Source: Candidatus Kaiserbacteria bacterium
GTDB taxonomy: Bacteria; Patescibacteriota; Minisyncoccia; Phycocordibacterales; UBA2100
Assembly (NCBI GenBank): GCA_028286865.1
Contig: JAQBQU010000007.1
Coordinates: forward strand, 5,888-69,887
DNA: 64,000 bases
Reading direction: 5' to 3'
A program made the translations under genes and the position numbers. The notes under the pieces were generated by a model. It ran no database searches and had not been told where the DNA came from. It was given only the letters and a program-made list of their open reading frames with translations. Positions 48,697 to 56,092 of the stretch are shown here, one piece after another (the first letter of the stretch is position 1; each line of letters begins with the position of its first letter).

Positions 48697-49404
48697 ATGA
48701 TAAAAACGATACTCACGTATGTGATAGCCGGGATGATCATCGTGCTCGTATGCATGTGGCTCTGGACCGGTGGGTGGGCGCTCATCAAGCAGAGCGTGAG
48801 GAATATGCCGAATCCCATCGACATCATCTGGGGCAACAGCAGCTCGACCTACGCGATCGTGCTCCCCGGCCAGCCTCCGATCCCCCAGGGTCCGGACATC
48901 TCGAATCTGACCGATCAGTATGCCGATTCCGGCACATCAAATACGCAGGATATTTCGCCCGAAGAGCGTCAGGCGCAACAGCAGGCACAAAACAACGCGA
49001 TCCGCGCTCAAGCCCAGGCCGCGCAGCATGTGAACGACTCACCGTATGCGGGAGTCGTGTCGCTCTCGAGCGGTACCGCCTCTGACAAGACGCAGACCGA
49101 ATACCTCACCCTCGACGCCAACCAGCAGATACCCGTCGGCGGATGGTCGCTCGTAAGCACGATGACCGGCATGCGTGCGACGATCCCGGCATATTCAAAA
49201 GGCCCGCAGGGGTCGCTCGTGCCGACCGTGATGCGATCCGGCGATACCGCCATCGTCGTCTCTGCGACCTCCCCTGCGGCATCGGCCATCTCGGCGAGCT
49301 GGCATGTGTACCTCAATGCGGGGACTAATATCTGGAGCGATTCGCACGACACCATCCAATTGCTTGATGCATCCGGACGTATCGTAGACACGATCTCCTA
49401 CTAG
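48697..49404 (+). CDS. Membrane-anchored hypothetical protein (lamin-tail-like C-terminus)
   Basis: N-terminal TM; EYLTL...GWSL...IW...DTIQLLDASGRIVD. Confidence 0.6.
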   Translation: MIKTILTYVIAGMIIVLVCMWLWTGGWALIKQSVRNMPNPIDIIWGNSSSTYAIVLPGQPPIPQGPDISNLTDQYADSGTSNTQDISPEERQAQQQAQNNAIRAQAQAAQHVNDSPYAGVVSLSSGTASDKTQTEYLTLDANQQIPVGGWSLVSTMTGMRATIPAYSKGPQGSLVPTVMRSGDTAIVVSATSPAASAISASWHVYLNAGTNIWSDSHDTIQLLDASGRIVDTISY

Positions 49405-49868
49405 TCGCGTGCAGCGAAGAGAATGATCCCGGCAGCGACCGACACGTTGAGTGATTCTTTCGTGCCGTGCATCGGAATCTCAAGCAGCACATCACACTGA
49501 TCCCGCAAAGACTTCGAAATGCCCTTCACCTCATTGCCCAAGACAAAAAGCGTCGGACCTTTCACGGCGAACGTACGATAGTCTTGCGCTCGTTCGTCCT
49601 GCTCGACGCCGACCACGGTCCATCCGGCGTCTTTCAACCTTTTTATAAGACCCGCAGGAGTCGCCTGATATTCCCACGCGACCGAATGCTCGGCGCCAAG
49701 TGCTGTTTTTGCTATATCTTTCTGCGGTCGACCGAACCGATCAACGGGGATCGGCGTGTAGCCCGAGAGATATATGCGCGCGACACCTGCGGCATCCGCG
49801 GTGCGAAATATCGAACCCACATTATGGGCACTGCGGATATTATGCAGAAGTACCGCCGCTTGATTCAT
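49401..49868 (-). CDS. SpoU/TrmH family RNA methyltransferase
   Basis: NIRSAHNVGSIFRTAD, GNEVKG, IPMHG, SLNVSVA. Confidence 0.92.
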   Translation of the reverse strand: MNQAAVLLHNIRSAHNVGSIFRTADAAGVARIYLSGYTPIPVDRFGRPQKDIAKTALGAEHSVAWEYQATPAGLIKRLKDAGWTVVGVEQDERAQDYRTFAVKGPTLFVLGNEVKGISKSLRDQCDVLLEIPMHGTKESLNVSVAAGIILFAARD

Positions 49869-49901
49869 GGAAAGAGCCTAGCATAGGTGTATAATTCCGG
49901 C

Positions 49902-50246
49902 ATGCTTTCACTTTTTCCCCAGATACTTTTCTTGGCTCCATTCTCCGCATTCTTGATACGCCTCGCACTCTTCTCTTTGCTCGGGTACGCCTCGTGGCAG
50001 CATCTTGCGCGACCGGCCCTGCTTCCCCGTACGTTCGGTACCCTCGAAGCGATCGCGGCTATTCTTTTGCTTGCGGGCGCTTGGACACAGGCCGTCGCGC
50101 TGCTTGTTTTTGTTGGGGTGGCCTGCGGATTCTTCATCACCTGGATGCGCATCTACCCGAAGAGCACTATGCTGCTTGCGCTCGTTATGTGCGCATCCTT
50201 GGTCGTCACCGGAGCAGGTGCCATCGCCTTTGATCTGCCGCTCTAA
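49902..50246 (+). CDS. DoxX-like membrane protein
   Basis: LIRLAL, AGAWTQ, TGAGAIAFD. Confidence 0.7.
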   Translation: MLSLFPQILFLAPFSAFLIRLALFSLLGYASWQHLARPALLPRTFGTLEAIAAILLLAGAWTQAVALLVFVGVACGFFITWMRIYPKSTMLLALVMCASLVVTGAGAIAFDLPL

Positions 50247-50261
50247 GTAAGACAGCTTAGT

Positions 50262-50467
50262 GGTCACACATACTTTTCTGCTGAAAAGTTGCGCGACTCC
50301 GCCGGTTCGCACAAGTGGTCAGGAATAATTATTGAGCCGTCGCTCAATAATTTTCACGACCCTGGCTCGCGGTTCGGCGAGCTCGCCTCACATCGCTCCG
50401 CCTCGCGCCTTGTGGCTACACATAATTCTCTGCTGAGAATTTGCGCAGCCCCGCCTCGACCCCGCCC
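50262..50467. repeat. Structured repeat copy E (50317-50400) flanked by two partial modules
   Basis: Full copy GGTCAGGAAT-AATTATTGA-GCCGTCGC-TCAATAATT-TTCACGACCCTGGCTCGCGG-18 nt-CATCGCTCCG; partial modules at ~50262-50303 and ~50414-50454. Confidence 0.85.
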
Positions 50468-50479
50468 GGGTCTGCGGCC

Positions 50480-50529
50480 CGCACACGAATGAAAAACAGC
50501 ACCACAGTGCTGTTTTTCATTCGTGTGCG
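50480..50529. terminator. Long terminator hairpin overlapping the tRNA-Lys 3' end
   Basis: CGCACACGAATGAAAAACAGCAC-CACA-GTGCTGTTTTTCATTCGTGTGCG, 23-bp stem. Confidence 0.8.
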
Positions 50530-50598
50530 CCCACCAGGATTCGAACCTGGGACCGTCTCCTTAAAAGGGAGCTGCTCTACCAACTGAGCTATGAGCGC
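50526..50598 (-). tRNA. tRNA-Lys(TTT)
   Basis: Cloverleaf; anticodon loop CTTTTAA. Confidence 0.93.
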
Positions 50599-50680
50599 AA
50601 TGAAAGGAATATACCACTCACTTTGAACGAGGGCGAATCTATCGACACAAGAAGAATCGGCAACGTGCTACAGTACATTT

Positions 50681-51139
50681 ATGGACCTCCTCATCATCTT
50701 CGCCGCAAAATATCTTATTATTCTTCCCGTTCTCGTCGCACTCTATCTCATATACAAATTGCCCGCCGAAGACCGGTTGAGCTACGGCATTCATGTTATC
50801 GCCACCGGAATACTCGCCTATGTCCTGGCAAAAGTCCTCGGCCATTTTTATTTTGACGCACGCCCGTTCGTCAGCGACGGCATCGTTCCCTTGATCCCCC
50901 ACGCCGCAGACAACGGCTTCCCATCCGACCATACGCTCCTTGCAAGTGTGCTTGCGGCGGTCGTCTTTATATTCAACAAAAACATCGGTGTCGCACTCTG
51001 GATCATCGCACTCTTAATAGGTGCTGCGCGCGTAGCCGCCGGCATTCATCACCCGCTCGATATCGCGGGGAGTATCGTCATCTCGATCATCGCCGCGATC
51101 ATTGTCGCGCTCTCGCTCAAGAAAAAGACGACCTTCTAG
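50681..51139 (+). CDS. PAP2 phosphatase (BcrC-like undecaprenyl-diphosphatase)
   Basis: RPF, FPSDH, ARVAAGIHHPLD. Confidence 0.88.
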   Translation: MDLLIIFAAKYLIILPVLVALYLIYKLPAEDRLSYGIHVIATGILAYVLAKVLGHFYFDARPFVSDGIVPLIPHAADNGFPSDHTLLASVLAAVVFIFNKNIGVALWIIALLIGAARVAAGIHHPLDIAGSIVISIIAAIIVALSLKKKTTF

Positions 51140-51142
51140 AGA

Positions 51143-52561
51143 TCAGATCGCTATCTGGACCGTCACATCTTTGGTGGCATGCGCTCCGTCCACGCTGACG
51201 CACGAGATCGTAAAGACCGTCGCGCTCGTGATAGCGACCGTGGAAGCTCCGCCGGTGAGGGTGTGCTGAGAGAAACTGCCGTCGGGAGAAGTCACGGCGC
51301 AGCTTTGAGCGCCGGATGACGTCCAGAAGATGGAGGTGCGTGCGCCGAGGGAGACCGTTTTCGGCGATGCCCAGATATCTACCGTCGGTGGAACGCTGCC
51401 GACCGCTGCAGATGAGGAGGCGATCGTCGTGTTCGCCTTCACCGGCTGAGTCGGGCTCTGCGTGATAGTGACCGTGGTCTGACCACCGGTCGCGGGAGCA
51501 GAGACCGCTGTGTCGCCCACCTTGTAACCACGGAGCGTGCAGAGCCCGTCGAAGAATGACGGAGTGATTATCTTTGAAAGGAAGTTCGTAGACCACGGAC
51601 GCGACTGGCACCACGACGCTACAAGGCCGGTCGGCTGCGCGCCGAGCGTGGTATCGCCTCCGTAGAATCCCGCGACCTCGGTATTGTTCGCCTGATCGCG
51701 ATTGCCGATGACGAAGGTTGCACCGCTGCTGAGGACCGCAATGTCGCCGCGAACGCCCGGAGCGATATTGGCGGACTGGGCGAACACATTGTTCCCTACC
51801 GGATTGATGGTCGAAGAGCTCGACTGGCCGGTGACGACCGCGGTACCGGTGTTGTTCGAATACTGATTCAGGATGTCCGTGGAAGAACTGCCGGTCACGG
51901 TCGTGTCGTTTCCGAGACCAGTTGTTACAGACGTGCCGCCGTTGAGCGCGTTAAGAAGATCGCTGGTGACATTATTAGAATTCGTGAGTCCTGATGTATC
52001 ACCGGAGAGTGCCGTGGGCACGTAAATGGCGCACGGGTCGCTCGATACCACATGGACGATGTAAGTTGATGTACACGAGCCGGATCCGGTCGCGGCGGGT
52101 GTCGCTGCCGTCGGAGCGGGTGCGCTCGACCCCTGCATAAGCTGACCCATCAATTGCCCGAGAATTCCCGCGATCTTATCGAGGCCGAGCCCGGAGCTGG
52201 CTCCCCCGCCTGCACCTGAGGTCGAGACACCTTTGCACTTATTTTGCGCGGTGCAGGTACCCAGCGTCTTGCTTCCGTTCGTCGTATCGAAACAAACGCC
52301 GGGCTGGCAGTTTGCAGTATTCTTTCCGCCGACACATCCCTTTGGACCCGGCACCATATTGCACGGACACTGCTGAAAGTACGGAGTACACATGAGGTCC
52401 GCGGCGGTGGTCATACTGCTCGTAAGCGAATTGATGATCGTCGGCGCAGCAAGACCGAGCCCGAGACCAAGTCCGAGCGATTGGGCGTTGATCTGTGCGG
52501 AAGCGGAAAGCGGGACGATGGAGGCGATGATAAACGCGAGCGTGACCAGTTTTGATCTCAT
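51143..52561 (-). CDS. Secreted Cys-rich, Ser/Thr/Gly-rich surface protein
   Basis: Signal peptide ending ASA; Cys cluster; Ig-like C-terminus. Confidence 0.7.
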   Translation of the reverse strand: MRSKLVTLAFIIASIVPLSASAQINAQSLGLGLGLGLAAPTIINSLTSSMTTAADLMCTPYFQQCPCNMVPGPKGCVGGKNTANCQPGVCFDTTNGSKTLGTCTAQNKCKGVSTSGAGGGASSGLGLDKIAGILGQLMGQLMQGSSAPAPTAATPAATGSGSCTSTYIVHVVSSDPCAIYVPTALSGDTSGLTNSNNVTSDLLNALNGGTSVTTGLGNDTTVTGSSSTDILNQYSNNTGTAVVTGQSSSSTINPVGNNVFAQSANIAPGVRGDIAVLSSGATFVIGNRDQANNTEVAGFYGGDTTLGAQPTGLVASWCQSRPWSTNFLSKIITPSFFDGLCTLRGYKVGDTAVSAPATGGQTTVTITQSPTQPVKANTTIASSSAAVGSVPPTVDIWASPKTVSLGARTSIFWTSSGAQSCAVTSPDGSFSQHTLTGGASTVAITSATVFTISCVSVDGAHATKDVTVQIAI

Positions 52562-52574
52562 GCCAAATATGATA

Positions 52575-53204
52575 TCACGCCACACTGAGCACAAAGTGTT
52601 CAAGTGCATATTCGAATTCAAATCCCCGGCGGCGCGCCTCGTGAGGCAGCTCAGCTAAGGCGGCTACGAGTCCGCGGGCGCGTGCCGAATTCTCGCGTAA
52701 GAGCATCTGTTTCGCCCCCCAGAAGAGCGCTCCGTGTATGGCTTCCGGAGCCTTTCCCGCTGCTATCTCGCGCTGATACCCGACCCACAGGTCCTTCTTT
52801 TTGCCGCGCTGGAGTGCCGCGGCGAGTTCGAAGATACTATTGTCCTTTTTGACGGTCTTCGCGACTTCGAACTTCTCGCTCTTTTCGGCATATTTCTCCA
52901 CCTGCTTGCGGGTCGCCGCATCAAGCGCGGATTCATATACATAGAAGGTGTCGACGCTGTCTCGCATGGCCTTCACCTGATCGAGCGCGTATTCGCGCAT
53001 CTCGACATTGAGCATCACATTGTCGAGCATGATAGTCCGCGCACCTCCGAAGAGTCCGCCGCCGGAGAGCGCGGCGATAAGGTCGTTGCGCGTGTGCGCA
53101 TCGGTGATGCGGAGCACCTCCGTCTTCTGCGCCGCTTTCTCAAGGATCGCGGAGAGTTTCCCGCGGATCGTTTCAGTATCGGTACCGGTATAGAAGTACA
53201 GCAT
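52575..53204 (-). CDS. holA: DNA polymerase III delta subunit-like (short)
   Basis: MLYFYTGTD, GGLFGG, IFELAAAL, APEAIHGALFW; adjacent to polA. Confidence 0.6.
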   Translation of the reverse strand: MLYFYTGTDTETIRGKLSAILEKAAQKTEVLRITDAHTRNDLIAALSGGGLFGGARTIMLDNVMLNVEMREYALDQVKAMRDSVDTFYVYESALDAATRKQVEKYAEKSEKFEVAKTVKKDNSIFELAAALQRGKKKDLWVGYQREIAAGKAPEAIHGALFWGAKQMLLRENSARARGLVAALAELPHEARRRGFEFEYALEHFVLSVA

Positions 53205-53205
53205 G

Positions 53206-55632
53206 TTATCGTGCGATCTTTTTCAATTCCCCCCAATTATCCCCTATCGACGCTTCCGCCGCGATCGGGACCCCGCTGAGCCGCGCCGTGTCTACCACTC
53301 CTTCCATGACCGAACGAAGTTCCCGCGCGATCTCTTCGGCATTCGCCGCCTTCACTTCGAAGACGAGTTCGTCGTGCACCTGCATGAGCAGCCGCACATC
53401 CCCTCTCCATCCCTTTTCTTCGACGAGCGCATCCGCTGCGATCATCGCGAGCTTGATGATGTCGGCCTGCGTGCCCTGGATCGGCGCATTCACCGCCATG
53501 CGCTCCGCTTGTGCGCGAAGCCCGGGCAGCGACGACTGGAAGCCGGGGAAATAGCGGCGGCGTCCGAAGAGTGTTTCGGTGAAGCCTTGCCGCGCCGCAT
53601 CGGCCTTCGTTTTTTCTACAAAGCGGGAGACGCCGGAGAAGTTCTTAAAATATTCCTCGATGTATGTCCCCGCTTCGTCGCGAGAAACGGAATCACCCAA
53701 GTTCGCCCGCAACGCGTTTACTCCCATGCCGTAGAGAATACCGAAGTTGATGATCTTGGCGCGGCGGCGCATCTCGCGGTCCACTGCCTCCGGCGGCACA
53801 TTGAACACCTGCGCCGCGACCTCGGTATGGACATCGCGTCCGTCGCGGAAGACCTGGACGAGCTTCTCGTCGCCCGAGAGTCCGGCGGCGATGCGCAGCT
53901 CGATCTGGGAATAATCGATAGCGACGATGGCATTGCCCTTCTCTGCGGAGAAGGCATTGCGGATGCGGCGGCCGTAATCGGTACGTATCGGGATGTTCTG
54001 GAGATTCGGATTGGCACTTGCCATGCGTCCGGTCGTCGTCCCCGCCGAGAGGAAGTTGGCATGGAGCCTCCCGTCTTTTGCTACCAGCTCCGGGATCTTG
54101 TCGATGTAGGTCCCGAGGAGCTTCTGCAGTTCGCGGTATGCGAGCACGTCGTCGATGATCGGATGCAGGTGCGACATCTTCGCGAGCTCTTCCTCGCGAG
54201 TGGTGCGCGCGCCGGTGGCGGTCTTCTTTTGTTTTGCCGGGGTGATCTTCAGCTCGTCGTAGAGCACAACGCCGAGCTGTTTGGGAGAACTGATGTTGAA
54301 CTCATGGCCCGCATGGCCGTAGATACGCGCCGCGATCTTCGCCAGCTCTTCGGTGTATTCCTTCGAGAGCTTCTGCATGTACTTCACATCGACGCGCACG
54401 CCGTCGACGTTCATGCGCCGGATGATCGGGATGAGCGGACGCTCGATCGTTTCGTATACTTTCATCAGCTCCCCCGTCTCGCGCAGCTTCGTGAAGATGA
54501 ATTCACGCGCGCGTTCAAAATCCTCGGTATGTGCGTACTGCAAAATATCGTCTATCGAGGGAGTGGTGGTGTCGCTGCGCAAAAGCCAGAGTGCGACCGC
54601 TGTTTCTTCGAGTGAATTCGGGTCGACCTCCTGCACCTTTTGTATGAGCGTTTCTTCATCCTTCGTTTCCGAGTGAAGTGTCGGGCGCAAGCGCTCTTTG
54701 AGCGCGCGGAACTCGAGATCATCAAGGAGTGCCTCGATCGTGGTCGTATATTCTTCCATGTGCCAGTAGCGCTTCGGGAGTTCGAATTTGATCGGCACAT
54801 CGCAGTGGATCGTCGCGAGTGTTTTCGAGAACTGGGCATTCGATTTGCCGTCGAGAAGCAGCTGTATCACGCGTGGCTTTACGCCTTTCTTTTCGAGCGC
54901 CTCGGGGCCTTTCGCGAGCTCCTTATATATATTCTCTATCGAACCGAACAACTTTATGAGCTCCGTTGCGGTCTTTTCTCCAATGCCCTTCACTCCGGGA
55001 ATGTTGTCCGACGGATCGCCGCGGAGTGCTTTGTAATCCACTACGTGCTCCGGGCCGAACTCGTATCGCGCGCGCACCGCATCCGGATCATAGATGACGG
55101 TGTCTGATATGCCTTTGCGCATGGTGAAAACGCGCACGCGGTCATTCACGAGCTGGAGCGTATCCATATCTCCCGACGCGATGATCGTCTCGATATCGCT
55201 GCGCCCGCCGAGATTCTTGACGATGGTACCGAGCACATCATCGGCTTCGTACCCGGCGAGCGAATACTGCGGAATACCGAATGCGTCGAACACTTTTGGC
55301 GCGCTCTTGAGCTGCGCTATCAGCGCATCATCGGCCTGCACGCGGTGCGCTTTATACGCCTCGAATATCTCGTGGCGATGCGTGGCCCCCGGCAGGTCGC
55401 GCGCCGAGATTATGTAATCAGGCTTGAGCTCGTCTTTGATCTTCAGCAGCATGAGGATCAGTCCGTACAGTGCCCCCGTAGGCTCGCCGTCGCCTTTCGT
55501 GAAATCGGGCAACGCGTGATACGCGCGGTGGAGTATCGCGTGGGAATCAAGAAGCACGAGCCGCGCCGGTTTACCCGGAACATCGTGGGGCTTCTCCTTC
55601 GCCTCTTTCTTACTGTCGGTTTTCTTGGCCAT
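53206..55632 (-). CDS. polA: DNA polymerase I
   Basis: 5'-3' exonuclease (GYEADD, GDPSDNIPGV) plus family A motifs (DYSQIELR, KIINFGILYG, QVHDEL). Confidence 0.97.
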   Translation of the reverse strand: MAKKTDSKKEAKEKPHDVPGKPARLVLLDSHAILHRAYHALPDFTKGDGEPTGALYGLILMLLKIKDELKPDYIISARDLPGATHRHEIFEAYKAHRVQADDALIAQLKSAPKVFDAFGIPQYSLAGYEADDVLGTIVKNLGGRSDIETIIASGDMDTLQLVNDRVRVFTMRKGISDTVIYDPDAVRARYEFGPEHVVDYKALRGDPSDNIPGVKGIGEKTATELIKLFGSIENIYKELAKGPEALEKKGVKPRVIQLLLDGKSNAQFSKTLATIHCDVPIKFELPKRYWHMEEYTTTIEALLDDLEFRALKERLRPTLHSETKDEETLIQKVQEVDPNSLEETAVALWLLRSDTTTPSIDDILQYAHTEDFERAREFIFTKLRETGELMKVYETIERPLIPIIRRMNVDGVRVDVKYMQKLSKEYTEELAKIAARIYGHAGHEFNISSPKQLGVVLYDELKITPAKQKKTATGARTTREEELAKMSHLHPIIDDVLAYRELQKLLGTYIDKIPELVAKDGRLHANFLSAGTTTGRMASANPNLQNIPIRTDYGRRIRNAFSAEKGNAIVAIDYSQIELRIAAGLSGDEKLVQVFRDGRDVHTEVAAQVFNVPPEAVDREMRRRAKIINFGILYGMGVNALRANLGDSVSRDEAGTYIEEYFKNFSGVSRFVEKTKADAARQGFTETLFGRRRYFPGFQSSLPGLRAQAERMAVNAPIQGTQADIIKLAMIAADALVEEKGWRGDVRLLMQVHDELVFEVKAANAEEIARELRSVMEGVVDTARLSGVPIAAEASIGDNWGELKKIAR

Positions 55633-56068
55633 TTATGGTGATGATACGCTCTTCATTTTCGATGTCGAACCGGAGCGCATGAGCGCCCGGCGGGATGATA
55701 TCCGCGACCCGTTCGGGCCACTCGAGCACGATCAGGTTCTGCTCATCCGCCAGAAGCTCCTTCCAGCCCAAGACCTCTAGCTCATGTGAGGAATTGAGCC
55801 GATATGCATCGATATGTACGAGTCGCTCCCATCCGCCAGCCGGCGGACTGTCCCGCAAATCGTATACCTTTTCAATGACGAACGTCGGGCTCGTGACCGT
55901 TTCGGTCACGCCGAGCACCCGGGCGATTCCCTGCGCGAAGGTCGTTTTTCCCGCGCCGAGTTCGCCGGAAAGGGTGATGAGTGTCGCCTGAGTCCCGGGC
56001 ATGAGCGATGCGATAAAACTGCCGGCGAGCGACTGAAGTTCCTCACCGGTTTGAGAGCGCATCTGCAT
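55610..56068 (-). CDS. tsaE: tRNA threonylcarbamoyladenosine biosynthesis ATPase
   Basis: GELGAGKTT, VTSPTF, HIDAYRL, EWPE. Confidence 0.94.
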   Translation of the reverse strand: MQMRSQTGEELQSLAGSFIASLMPGTQATLITLSGELGAGKTTFAQGIARVLGVTETVTSPTFVIEKVYDLRDSPPAGGWERLVHIDAYRLNSSHELEVLGWKELLADEQNLIVLEWPERVADIIPPGAHALRFDIENEERIITINGQENRQ

Positions 56069-56092
56069 GGCTTCAGTGTACAATATATGTGT

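Noticed and set aside
53203..54615. 470-aa plus-strand ORF (also 16034..17185, 26717..27646, 36128..37057 and similar)
   Set aside because: Antisense shadows of well-supported genes (polA, ileS, DUF2914 protein, CDF); expected in GC-rich coding DNA and carry no recognisable motifs.
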